Shown here piece by piece: positions 36,910 to 49,904 of a stretch of DNA of 64,000 nt (its first letter is position 1; each line of letters begins with the position of its first letter). Source of the DNA: Octopus sinensis (Eukaryota); NCBI RefSeq assembly GCF_006345805.1, contig NC_043026.1:13619579-13683578 (forward strand). The letters run 5' to 3'. The translations under genes and the position numbers were made by a program. A model generated the notes under the pieces. The model was not told where the DNA came from, ran no database searches, and saw only the letters and a list, made by a program, of their open reading frames with translations.

Positions 36910-37480
36910 TGGTGATCTGGCAGAAATGTTAGCATGCCGCGCGAAATGCTTAGCGGTATTTCGTCTACCATTACGTTTTGAGTTCAAATTCTGCTGAGGT
37001 CGACTTTGCCTTTCATCCCTTCAGGGTCGATAAATTAAGTACCAGTTACGCACTGGGGTCGATGTAATCGACTTAATCCCTTTGTCTGTCCTTGTTTGTC
37101 CCCTTTGTTTAGCCCCTTGTAGGTAGTAAAGAAATAGGTATTTCGTCTGCCGTTACGTTCTGAGTTCAAATTCCGCCGAGGTCGACTTAGCCTTTCATCC
37201 CTTCGGGGTCGATAAATTAAGTACCAGTTACGCACTGGGGTCGATGTAATCGACTTAATCCCTTTGTCTGTCCTTGTTTGTCCCCTTTGTTTAGCCCCTT
37301 GTAGGTAGTAAAGAAATAGGTATTTCGTCTGCCGTTACGTTCTGAGTTCAAATTCCGCCGAGGTCGACTTAGCCTTTCATCCCTTCGGGGTCGATAAATT
37401 AAGTACTAGTTATGCACTGGGGTCGATGTAATCGACTTAATCCCTTTGTCTGTCCCCTCTATGTTTAGCCCCTTGTGGAC
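36910..37480 (+). mobile_element. SINE family B trimer
   Basis: One head and three B-box-to-tail units. Confidence 0.85.
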
Positions 37481-37639
37481 AATAAAGAAATAAGAAGCTT
37501 GCTTCCTATCCACATGGTTCCGGGTTCAGTTCCACTGTGTGGGTCCTTGGGCAAGTGTCTTCTAATCTCACCTCAGGCCATCCAGTCTTGTGAGTGGATT
37601 TGGTTGATGGAAACTGAAAGAAGCCTGTTATGTATATAT

Positions 37640-38080
37640 ATCATCATCGTCGTCGTTTAACGTCCGCTTTCCATGCTAGCATGGGTTGGACGAATTACTG
37701 AGGGCTGGCGAACCAGATGGCTGCACCAGGCTTCAGTCTTGATCTGGCAGAGTTTCTACAGCTGGATGCCCTTCCTAAAGCCAACCACTCCGAGAGTATA
37801 GTGGGTGCTTTTTACTTGCTACCGGCACAGGGGCCAGTCAGGCGGTACTGGCAACGACTTCGCTTGAATCTTTTACACATGCCACCGGCACAGGTGCCAG
37901 TAAGGTGATGCTGGTAACAATCACGCTCGAATGGTGTCTTTTATGTGCCACCGGCACGGACGCCAGATAGCTGCTCTGGCAATGATAACACTCGGATGGT
38001 GCTTTTAATACCTTACTAGCACGGGGCTCGAGTGCCAGTAAGGCAACGCTGGTAATGATCACGCTCGAATGGTGCCTTTT
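37640..38080 (-). mobile_element. (GAT)n-tailed retroposon with an expanded internal subrepeat region
   Basis: Family match. Confidence 0.75.
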
Positions 38081-39288
38081 AACCCTTTAGCATTCAAACC
38101 GGCCATATCCGGCCAGAATATTTAACCTGTTTTATATTGAATCTGACCAGATCTTGCCACTCACCTCAGCCCTACCATGTCTGAAACTAAAAAAACCACA
38201 TTACCGCAATCTCTAAACTACAAGATAATACATGATTAATTCAAAACAATATAAATAAACAAACATCACATTTGACAGAATAATCAGAACACTAAAGGGT
38301 TAAGTGCCACTTGCACTGAAGCCGGTTATCCACTCTGTCAATGATCACGCACGTATGGTGCTCTTTGCACCCCACTAGCACAGGTGCCAGTCATCGAATT
38401 TGATTTTGATTTTGATACATATGTGAGTGAATCTCTGTGTCCATGTTTGTCTTCCCCGTCACCACTTAACAACTGGTGTTGGTTTGTTTACATCCCCGTA
38501 ATTTAGCAGTTCGGCAAAAAGCGACCAATAGAATAAGTACTAGGCTTACAAAGAGTAAGTCCTGGGGTTGATTTCTTTGACTAAAACCCTTTAACACGGT
38601 ACTCCAGCATGGCCGCAATCAGATGACTAAAACAAGTAAAAGAATACTTTATTTCCATTCTTGTTTTTGTTTTTACTGCTTTGGCTCGCAGCAACGGTTT
38701 CCAAGCAGTATGCTGCAGCATACAGGTGCACTACAAGGCGGTGGTCATGGAAGGGATGGGTTTATCTAGTTACATCTGAGATTTTTTTTTTTTAAATATG
38801 ATTCAAGGTTTTAGGAAAGCTAGACTAATTACAGTCTTTGAGAAATGTGCTATTTATAACTTTTGGTTCTTTACCAAAAAGATTTCTTCCGAATTCATGG
38901 AAATCCTCTTTTTGTTTGCCTCTCAGGGATGATCGTGGCTGGAATGGCTCTGAATATAGGTCTGCTTGATCAGAACTGTCCAACAACATGTGATACTACT
39001 GTGATATGCAAGAAATATCAGCTAAATCTCACTGAAATTAAATTGTACTGCCTTAAGAAGTGGAGGGTATTTTGAATAAAATATAGTCCTTGACTAGTCA
39101 GAAAAAATAAATTTGATATTTGGAAAGGATGGTCATTGTTGGAATGGCTCTGAAACCAGGCCCACTTCATCAGAGCTGTCCAAGAGTTAAACAATAGTAT
39201 ATGTTACTACTGTTGTTTAGGGCCTCATGAGAGAGACACTATGGCATGAAAAGGATAGCAGCCAAATCCCTCTCAAATTATACCTTAA

Positions 39289-39922
39289 CTAGCACTATGA
39301 CCCGGCAACGCTGGGTCATAGTGCTAGTGCATGCATACAGCTGCGTGCGTGCACATACACGCGAGTACTGTCCGAATCTCCGACCACTCACATACAGCTA
39401 GCTGGCATTCAATAGGTGTATCAAGTTTCGTGCATTTTGATTGGGTTTTGGATAGAAAATTCACAAAAAAGTCACTTCTATTGATTTTTTAATGGCTTTA
39501 TGGGGTGACTGGGGAAATGTAAAGATGTGCACGACCACCCTTGGACGGTTTTGAATGACCATAGAAAGTGCGAGCCCTCTAACTGAAAAATTGTGGATTT
39601 GTATAAAGGACACGCACACAGACATCTTCGTTTAGCGTCCGCTTTCCATGCTAGCATAGGTTGGACGGTTCAACTGGGGTCTGGGAAGCCAGAAGGCTGC
39701 ACCAGGCCCAGTCTGATCTGGCAATGTTTTTACGGCTGGATGCCCTTCCTAACGCCAACCACTCCGGGAGTGTAGTGGGTGCTTTTTACGTGCCACCAGC
39801 ACAGGTGCCAGACGAGGCTGGCAAACGGCCACAATCGGATGGTGCTTTTTACGTGCCACCGGCACGGGGGCCAGGCGAGGCTGGCAACGGCCGATATCTT
39901 GCCGTTTATATATATATAGAGA
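39289..39922 (-). mobile_element. Non-autonomous Helitron interrupted by a (GAT)n-tailed retroposon (~39625-39905)
   Basis: 3' ctagcactatgacccggcaacgctgggtcatagtgctag hairpin; the 5' tctctatatatatataaacggc matches the 30549 copy. Confidence 0.75.
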
Positions 39923-40769
39923 TACTTTAATTTCAAAATTAAATTTCATGGTTATTCCAGAAATCATGGTAAATATCAGCCAACAACTAGAATTGGTATT
40001 TTCTGGAAGTCATGCTGCTTCAATAAACTTGACACAGATCTCAACAAAATATTAAATTTCAAACATTGACATTCCTCAACAAAAGACAGATGGGTAAATA
40101 AAACTGCTTTCTGAAGTCAAAGGTAATGAAATTTTGAGTGGAAATATCTGATCTCTGCAGTAAAAGAGTTAATTACATTAAATAATGCACTCCTTGATTT
40201 GTTAGAAACAGTAGCCAAATCTCCCTCAAATCAGAGATTTTGACCCTTTAACTGCAAAATAAAATCCAATGGTTATTTCTGTGTTGATATTAAATATCTG
40301 TCTGAAGACGGAATTAGTATTTTCTGCAAGTCATTTTGCCTTAATAAATTAGGTTTAGGGGTGGGGGAAGGGTATCTTTTTTTCTTCACAAATGTAAATA
40401 AACCCAATCTGTTTCTTAAACGAGGAACATTTTCATACGGCACAGAATATATTTTTTTTACCTCAATAGACGTCATTGATTGGTTGAAATTGCAGAAATT
40501 GAAGGAAAAAACAACAACAAATATCTTACAAACCATAGAATTTTCTCAATAAAGCCAAGAGAAAAAGATGTTTTATAAACACATTCTACCAGTGTATGAA
40601 GTTTAAAAAGTGTTTAGTTACGTGGAAATTATTTTTAAAAACTGCATTTCAAACCGAAAAGATCCTTAATATTTCTTTACATAAACACATTTAATGGTCC
40701 ATTGCTGAGATTTCAGCAAAAAAAAGGCCGTATTTGAAACACTGATTTTAAAGAAAAAATACAAAAAAC

Positions 40770-41170
40770 ATTTTTTAACTTCGAAAACTTTAAAAAAAAC
40801 CCAACTTTTTTTTGAAATCGTAGAAAAGACTTTCTGAAAATTCCCAAAACTTAAAAAAGTTATGAGGGATTAATATAGGGTACTTAAGCTAGAATTCCAC
40901 CGCCAACGCTACTAAATCATCCTAATCCTCCACGCAGGATTTGCAGAAACCCAAAGATAACAGAAACCACAAAAATATAAAAATATAAAAATATTTTTTA
41001 ACTTCGAAAACTTAAAAAAACCCAACTTTTTTTGAAATCGTAGAAAAGGTTTTCTGAAAATTCCCAAAACTTAAAAAAGTTATGAGGGATTATATAGGGT
41101 TCTTAAGCTAGAATTCCACCGCCAACGCTACTAAATCATCCTAATCCTCCACGCAGGATTTGCAGAAACC
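40770..41170. repeat. Two-copy ~220-bp tandem duplication
   Basis: ttttttaacttcgaaaac...ccacgcaggatttgcagaaacc is repeated. Confidence 0.85.
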
Positions 41171-41699
41171 ACAATAATATAAAGAATAACAAGATTTATC
41201 TTTCTTTCTGGGAGTGATGGTTATATTTATAGCATTCAAGCTTTTTGCTTCTTTCTTTCTTTCTGTCTTTTCTTTCTCTCTATTCTATAATTAATATGTA
41301 AACGTATACGGGCAACGTCAGACAAACTGTCTATCTCTACCAGGTCTGTGAGAATTGCTTGTGGCCATGCTTGTTTAAACGGAGTCAGGCCTATTTTGGA
41401 TGAATGCCAGTTCGGTGAAAGGAACAATTTTGATGCGGTGTGGAGCCTGGATAACTTACTGCCGTGGACTTAGTTTAACATCGCAAACACCAAACATACA
41501 TACACACATATAGCAAAAAATTCGTGTAAAAAAACCCCAAAAAACAGAATCTCAGAAGATAAAAAAGAACCATTTTTCATATAAATATATTAATAAAGAA
41601 TTAATATAGAATTTCATCCACCAAAAGGACGAAGGTCAGAAAAGTAAAAAAATATAAAACCCACACTAATTATAAAAAAACACTAAAATCTTTCGGTAC

Positions 41700-42349
41700 T
41701 ACTAGCGAACAGTGGTCCCGGTGCGCGCACTCGCATAGTCGCACATCCGCGCTAGCTAGTCGTGACTAGTCGATCCTTACTTTGTATTTTTGTGTATTAT
41801 TTACTTTGTTTAATAAATTATTTATTTTGTGGGTACTACTGGAGAACAGCGGTCCCGGTGCGCGCACTCGCGCTGGCTAGTCGTGACTAGTCGATCCTAC
41901 GTCTACCTAGCAAAGTAAATAAATTATTTATTTTGTGTTTTATTTACTTCGCTAGGTAGACGTTGCAGAATCGACTAGTCACGACTAGCTAGCGCGGATG
42001 CGCGACTACGCGAGTGCGCGCACCGGGACCACTGTGTTTTTGTGTGTTATTTTACTTTCTGTTTTATTTACTTTGCTAGGTAGACGTTGCAGGATCGACT
42101 AGTCACGACTAGCTAGCGCGGATGCACGATTAATTGAATGCGCGCACCGGGACCTCTGTTCTCCAGTAGTGCCCGTCTACTTTCCTACCTACATTCACCT
42201 CTAACGTTTAAAAATAGTCTACATGCCAAATTTAGTTTCGTATTTTGATGCTAGCTTTACTCTCACGAAGCAGTGCCCGTAATTACACCGCAAGGAAACA
42301 TTCGGAGTTACCCCGTCGTTAGTTTCGCTTTTGCTTTTCTTCACTCTCA
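41700..42349. promoter_or_regulatory. CpG-rich palindromic region, probable (possibly bidirectional) promoter
   Basis: Dense CpG in an otherwise CpG-poor window; 2+2 inverted copies of ggtcccggtgcgcgcactcgc...ctagtcgtgactag; lies just upstream of an ATG exon with a gtaagt donor. Confidence 0.5.
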
Positions 42350-42415
42350 ATGTCTCGTCACTATATGCCTGAAAGGCGGTTCGCACCCGACCCCAATGAT
42401 CAGAACGGCAGAATG
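42350..42415 (+). CDS. Probable first coding exon of an unidentified gene (MSRHYMPERRFAPDPNDQNGRM)
   Basis: ATG, 22 open codons, consensus ATG|GTAAGT donor, next to the CpG-rich region; no recognisable homology. Confidence 0.5.
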
Positions 42416-42754
42416 GTAAGTTAAAAGAGTTTTGTTTTGTTTACTGTTGTTTTAACCCCTTGTGTCGGGCTTTTCTTGAGTAAGAACTCTGGCGCAAAGG
42501 GGATTCCTCCCTTGGACAATCCGGTCTCCTTTTTTTTTCGCCTTTGCTTTTACTACTATGTTGTAGTGATTCCGAAAATGAACTTCCAACTCGCGAATGT
42601 GCTCGATCGGTTTTGTTTTTCTGAGATCGAGAAAGTGCTACAAAGGGTCTGGACACAACTTCTTCTCTCTGACCAAACCAATACAAAAAAAAGAAAAAAA
42701 AAGAAAATGAAAAAAGGAAAAAAAAGAAAGGAAAAAATAGTGAATTATCTATGG

Positions 42755-44242
42755 TTTCTAGCGTGTATTACCCCTTATTTGTAGCCCCAATGTCCCTATG
42801 ATTTCTATCGTGTATTACCCCTTATTTGTAGCCCGATTGTCCCTATGATTTCTAGCGTGTGTTACCCCTTATTTGTAGCCCCAGACTTCTGCTCAAAGAT
42901 GTATGTCCCTATGATTTCTATCGTGTATTACCCCTTATTTGTAGCCCCAATGTCCCTATGATTTCTAGCCCCAATGTCCCTATGATTTCTATCGTGTATT
43001 ACCCCTTGTTTGTAGCCCCAATGTCCCTTTGATTTCTATCGTGTATTACCCCTTATTTGTAGCCCGAATGTCCCTATGATTTCTAGCGTGTGTTACCCCT
43101 ATTTGTAGCCCCAGACTTATGCTCAAAGATCTATGTCCCTATGATTTCAAGCGTGTATTACCCCTTATTTGTAGCCCCAATGTCCCTTTGATTTCTAGCG
43201 TGTGTTACCCCTTATTTGTAGCCCCATGTCCCTATGATTTCAAGCGTGTATTACCCCTTATTTGTAGCCCCAATGTCCCTATGATTTCTAACGTGTATTA
43301 CCCCTTATTTGTAGCCCCAATGTCCTATGATTTCTAGCGTGTATTACCCCTTATTGTAGCCCCAATGTCCCTTTGATTTCTATCGTGTATTACCCCTTAT
43401 TTGTAGCCCGAATGTCCCTATGATTTCTAGCGTGTGTTACCCCTTATTTGTAGCCCCAGACTTATGCTCAAAGATCTATGTCCCTATGATTTCTAGCGTG
43501 TATTACCCCTTATTTGTAGCCCCAATGTCCCTTTGATTTCTAGCGTGTGTTACCCCTTATTTGTAGCCCCAGTGTCCCTATGATTTCAAGCGTGTATTAC
43601 CCCTTATTTGTAGCCCCAATGTCCCTATGATTTCTAACGTGTATTACCCCTTATTTGTAGCCCCAATGTCCCTATGATTTCTAACGTGTATTACCCCTTA
43701 TTTGTAGCCCCAATGTCCCTATGATTTCTAGCGTGTATTACCCCTTATTTGTAGCCCCAATGTCCCTATGATTAATAACGTGTATTACCCCTTATTTGTA
43801 GCCCCAATGTCCCTATGATTTCTAACGTGTATTACCCCTTATTTGTAGTCCCAATGTCCCTATGATTTCTAGCGTGTATTACCCCTTGTTTGTAGCCCCA
43901 ATGTCCCTATGATTTCTAGCGTGTGTTACCCCTTATTTGTAGCCCCAATGTCCCTATGATTTCTAGCGTGTATTACCCCTTATTTGTAGCCCCAATGTCC
44001 CTATGATTAATAACGTGTATTACCCCTTATTTGTAGCCCCAATGTCCCTATGATTTCTAACGTGTATTACCCCTTATTTGTAGCCCCAATGTCCCTATGA
44101 TTTCTAGCGTGTATTACCCCTTATTTGTAGCCCCAATGTCCCTATGATTTCTAGCGTGTATTACCCCTTATTTGTAGCCCCAATGTCCCTATGATTTCTA
44201 GCGTGTGTTACCCCTTATTTGTAGCCCCAGACTTATGTCCCT
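42755..44242. repeat. 47-bp minisatellite (~30 units)
   Basis: cgtgtattaccccttatttgtagccccaatgtccctatgatttctag repeated, with occasional agacttatgctcaaagatct insertions. Confidence 0.96.
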
Positions 44243-44987
44243 GATGTGTCCATCTCATCGTTTATTCTGACTAAGTGTATCTAGGATTATATTATTTTAC
44301 GTGCTATCGTTTTTGTTTAACCCCGAGTCAGTCCTGAATAGCTCTATAACCCAAAGATACCTAGCCGTGATCTTTAGTGATAACAGTAGTTCGTATACAT
44401 AAGTAAATTCGATGTGATGTGGTAGAGGAAACATGTGATTTCATCTTAGACGTTTCCAGCGCTCCGTCAATGACCATCGCGTCCTTTTTGGTTTTGTATT
44501 TTATTTATAGCTAACTTATATTCCTCAATACAAACTTTTTCAACTGCTGTGCCATGTATGGCTTGCATTCGCATATATGTGCGGCAATTTTTTTTTTAGA
44601 CGAGTCAGGAAAATGCAGATGATTTATGCACCGTACCTCTGCATGAATATATATTTTGCAACAAAGTACAGTCCATGCATCTATCACTGTTTTCATACTT
44701 AAAATGATGAGGCCTTTAGAACGATCCTCGTGTACTACGCTTTATATGGTGTCCTGTAGATGGAAAAAAAGATGGAAACTTGAGGTTTCAATGTGTCTCC
44801 GTTTAGGTATTTTTTCCTCAGATTTTTTTAATGCGATACAAAGGAGATCTGGTTCCTATTTCTACGAGATCTGTTTGATATTTTAGAAGTCTCTTTCATC
44901 AGCACATACTGCGATTTAATTGATATTTCTACTAATATCTATTATCAGGTAGAAGCATCTCTCTGGGTAGCTGATTAAACATGGCAG

Positions 44988-47900
44988 GTGTGATTTGAGG
45001 GAAATTTGGCTGTTATTTCTACCCTGTCTACTACTATGTAAAGGTCTACCTCGTTAGTTCATATATATAGGTGTGATGTGAGATAGATTTAGCTGGTATT
45101 TCCAGCTGCTTTACAACTATGTAGAAGCCACCCTCCTTGGCTCATGAGATCCGAGGGAGATATGGCTGCTATTTCTACCATTTCTAGCTACCATGTAGAT
45201 ATCTCTCTCGTTGGCTTATACATTCTTATAGAGATCTGACTGTTATTTCTACCCTGTCTACTACTATGTAAAGGTCTACCTCGTTAGTTCATATATATAG
45301 GTGTGATGTGAGATAGATTTAGCTGGTATTTCCAGCTGCTTTACAACTATGTAGAAGCCACCCTCCTTGGCTCATGAGATCCGAGGGAGATATGGCTGCT
45401 ATTTCTACCATTTCTAGCTACCATGTAGATATCTCTCTCGTTGGCTTATACATTCTTATAGAGATCTGACTGTTATTTCTACCCTGTCTACTACTATGTA
45501 AAGGTCTACCTCGTTAGTTCATATATATAGGTGTGATATGAGATAGATTTAGCTGGTATTTCCAACTGCTTTACAACTATGTAGAAGCCACCCTCCTTGG
45601 CTCATGAGATTTGAGGGAGATATGGCTGCTATTTCTACCATTTCTAGCTACCATGTAGATATCTCTCACGTTGGCTTATACATTCTTATATGCGTACGTA
45701 ATACAGTAAGGTGTGATTTGGTTGCTATTTCTAGCATCTAGCTTCTGTGTACAGTTTTTTTTTCTTTGGCTCATAAGAAAGCAAGATGCAGTTTGAGTGA
45801 GATTTGACTGCTATTTTCAGCAGTAGATGTCTTTCATTAGCTCGTACATACCCGTTTACACCTGCATAATACTTGAATGTAATTTGAGGGAGATATATGG
45901 CTGCTATTTCTAGCATTTCTAGCTACCATGTAGATATCTCTCTCGTTGGCTTATACATTCTTATATGCGTTCGTAATACAGTAAGGTGTGATTTGGTTGC
46001 TATTTCTAGCATCTAGTTTCTGTGTACAGGTTTTTTTTCTTTTGCTCATAAGAAAGCAAGATGCAATTTGAGTGAGATTTGACTGCTATTTCCAGCAGTA
46101 GATGTCTTTCATTAGCTCGTACATAATACTTGAATGTAATTTGAGGGAGATATATGGCTGCTATTTCTAACATTTCTAGCTACCATGTAGATATCTCTCT
46201 CGTTGGCTTATACATTCTTATATGCGTACGTAATACAGTAAGGTGTGATTTGGTTGCTATTTCTAGCATCTAGCTTCTGTGTACAGTTTTTTTTTCTTTG
46301 GCTCATAAGAAAGCAAGATGCAGTTTGAGTGAGATTTGACTGCTATTTTCAGCAGTAGATGTCTTTCATTAGCTCGTACATACCCGTTTACACCTGCATA
46401 ATACTTGAATGTAATTTGAGGGAGATATATGGCTGCTATTTCTAGCATTTCTAGCTACCATGTAGATATCTCTCTCGTTGGCTTATACATTCTTATATGC
46501 GTTCGTAATACAGTAAGGTGTGATTTGGTTGCTATTTCTAGCATCTAGTTTCTGTGTACAGGTTTTTTTTCTTTTGCTCATAAGAAAGCAAGATGCAATT
46601 TGAGTGAGATTTGACTGCTATTTCCAGCAGTAGATGTCTTTCATTAGCTCGTACATAATACTTGAATGTAATTTGAGGGAGATATATGGCTGCTATTTCT
46701 AACATTTCTAGCTACCATGTAGATATCTCTCTCGTTGGCTTATACATTCTTATATGCGTACGTAATACAGTAAGGTGTGATTTGGCTGCTATTTCTAGCT
46801 TCTAGCTTCTGTGTACAGGTTTTTTTTCCTTTGGCTCATAAGAAAGCAAGATGCAATTTGAGTGAGATTTGACTGCTATTTCCAGCAGTAGATGTCTTTC
46901 ATTAGCTCGTACATACCCGTTTACACCTGCATCATACTTGAATGTAATTTGAGGGAGATATATGGCTGCTATTTCTACATTTCTAGCTACCCGTGCATAA
47001 TACTTGAATGTAATTTGAGGGAGATATGGCTGCTATTTCTACCATTTCTAGCTACCATGTAGATATCTCTCTCGTTGGCTTATACATTCTTATATGCGTA
47101 CGTAATACAGTAAGGTGTGATTTGGCTGCTATTTCTAGCTTCTAGCTTCTGTGTACAGGTTTTTTTTCCTTTGGCTCATAAGAAAGCAAGATGCAATTTG
47201 AGTGAGATTTGACTGCTATTTCCAGCAGTAGATGTCTTTCATTAGCTCGTACATACCCGTTTACACCTGCATCATACTTGAATGTAATTTGAGGGAGATA
47301 TATGGCTGCTATTTCTAACATTTCTAGCTACCCGTGCATAATACTTGAATGTAATTTGAGGGAGATATATGGCTGCTATTTCTACCATTTCTAGCTACCA
47401 TGTAGATATCTCTCTCGTTGGCTTATACATTCTTATATGCGTACGTAATACAGTAAGGTGTGATTTGGCTGCTATTTCTAGCTTCTAGCTTCTGTGTACA
47501 GGTTTTTTTTCCTTTGGCTCATAAGAAAGCAAGATGCAATTTGAGTGAGATTTGACTGCTATTTCCAGCAGTAGATGTCTTTCATTAGCTCGTACATAAT
47601 ACTTGAATGTAATTTGAGGGAGATATATGGCTGCTATTTCTACCATTTCTAGCTACCATGTAGATATCTCTCTCGTTGGCTTATACATTCTTATATGCGT
47701 ACGTAATACAGTAAGGTGTGATTTGGTTGCTATTTCTAGCATCTAGCTTCTGTGTACAGGTTTTTCTTCTTTGGCTCATAAGAAAACAAGATGCAATTTG
47801 AGTGAGATTTGACTGCTATTTCCAGCAGTAGATGTCTTTCATTAGCTCGTACATAATACTTGAATGTAATTTGAGGGAGATATATGGCTGCTATTTCTAC

Positions 47901-48665
47901 CATTTCTAGCTACCATGTAGATATCTCTCTCGTTGGCTTATACATTCTTATATGCGTACGTAATACAGTAAGGTGTGATTTGGTTGCTATTTCTAGCATC
48001 TTGCTTCTGTGTACAGGTTTTTCTTCTTTGCTCATAAGAAAACAAGATGCAATTTGAGTGAGATTTGACTGCTATTTCCAGCAGTAGATGTCTTTCATTA
48101 GCTCGTACATAATACTTGAATGTAATTTGAGGGAGATATATGGCTGCTATTTCTACCATTTCTAGCTACCCGTGCATAATACTTGAATGTAATTTGAGGG
48201 AGATATATGGCTGCTATTTCTACCATTTCTAGCTACCATGTAGATATCTCTCTCGTTGGCTTATACATTCTTATATGCGTACGTAATACAGTAAGGTGTG
48301 ATTTGGTTGCTATTTCTAGCATCTAGCTTCTGTGTACAGGTTTTTCTTCTTTGGCTCATAAGAAAACAAGATGCAATTTGAGTGAGATTTGACTGCTATT
48401 TCCAGCAGTAGATGTCTTTCATTAGCTCGTACATAATACTTGAATGTAATTTGAGGGAGATATATGGCTGCTATTTCTAACATTTCTAGCTACCATGTAG
48501 ATATCTCTCTCGTTGGCTTATACATTCTTATATGCGTACGTAATACAGTAAGGTGTGATTTGGCTGCTATTTCTAGCATCTAGCTTCTGTGTACAGGTTT
48601 TTTTCCTTTGGCTCATAAGAAAGCAAGATGCAATTTGAGTGAGATTTGACTGCTATTTCCAGCAG
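44988..48665. repeat. Higher-order satellite built from 60-110-bp monomers sharing a gat(t/a)tgrctgctatttct motif
   Basis: Three ~230-bp units followed by ~250-280-bp trimers; an identical ORF repeats at a 532-nt offset. Confidence 0.93.
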
Positions 48666-48819
48666 ATCTGACTACTACGTAGATGTCTTTCTTTATGGCA
48701 GTGAACTGGCAGAAGAATGCTTCGCGATATTTCTTTCGACTCGTTGCGTTCTGAGTTTCAACAAATTCCGTCGAAGTCGATTTTGCCTTTTATCACTTTC
48801 GTGGTCGATGAATCGGGCG

Positions 48820-49555
48820 GGGGGTCAGTGTAATGGACTAACCCCCTAGCCCCACTCCCGACTCCCCCTCCAAAATTTCAAGGCCTTATGTCTAAAGTAA
48901 AAAAAGGATTATTATTGTTATAAATTTTCTTTTCGTGCCAGATACGGTTAAAGAATGTTTGAGGGGGCTTTAAAGAAATTATCTTTTGAAAGTAAGGGAG
49001 AGATAGATCGGGGGTCAGTGTTATAGACTAACCCCTAGCTCCACTCCACCTCAAAAATTTCAGGCCTTATGTCTAAAGTAAAAAAAAGGATTATTATTGT
49101 TATAAATTTTCTTTTCGTGCCAGATACGGTTAAAGAATGTTTGAGGGGGCTTTAAAGAAATTATCTTTTGAAAGTAAGGGAGAGATAGATCGGGGGTCAG
49201 TGTAATAGACTAACCCCTAGCTCCACTCCACCTCAAAAATTTCAGGCCTTATGTCTAAAGTAAAAAAAGGATTATTATTGTTATAAATTTTCTTTTCGTG
49301 CCAGATACGGTTAAAGAATGTTTGAGGGGGCTTTAAAGAAATTATCTTTTGAAAGTAAGGGAGAGATAGATCGGGGGTCAGTGTAATAGACTAACCCCTA
49401 GCTCCACTCCACCTCAAAAATTTCAGGCCTTATGTCTAAAGTAAAAAAAAGGATTATTATTGTTATAAATTTTCTCTTTCGTGCCAGATACGGTTAAAGA
49501 ATGTTTGAGGGGGCTTTAAAGAAATTATCTTTTGAAAGGAAGGGAGAGATAGATA
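48820..49555. repeat. ~179-bp tandem repeat (4 units) containing a SINE-B-like tail fragment
   Basis: ggggtcagtgtaatagactaacccc...agagatagatc is repeated. Confidence 0.9.
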
Positions 49556-49904
49556 GAGAGAGATTATGCGGAGATGTACAGAAAAACGATGCCAGCATCC
49601 CTCTACACTGCGTGTCTGAATACCATATATAGGCTTTGAGACTCGAAAAAAAAAACAACAAACATGTTCTCATACACACAGACACACACACACAGGTGTA
49701 AGGTGCGATGAGCAGGTATTTTTTCTTTACGTCAGACGTTGCGTTTTTTTTTACGTTTCGTTTTAGTCCGCGATACCTGTCCGAGAGACTAACAGGCCTT
49801 AAAAAAAAAACCTCATTACGAAAAGCGTGCCAATCGTGGCCGTTCGTTTGTGTTTTATTCATATGTTTGTTTGGTTCTGTAGTCAGCCCTGAACTAAGCT
49901 TAAT

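Noticed and set aside
45790-48430. Hammerhead-like string on the minus strand of the complex satellite (CUAAUGA...GAAAUAGCAGUC)
   Set aside because: G5 is absent, helix II does not form and helix I does not pair; probably chance.
44988-48665. CRISPR-like repeat/spacer appearance
   Set aside because: Spacers recur periodically, the repeats are degenerate, there are no cas genes, and the context is eukaryotic.
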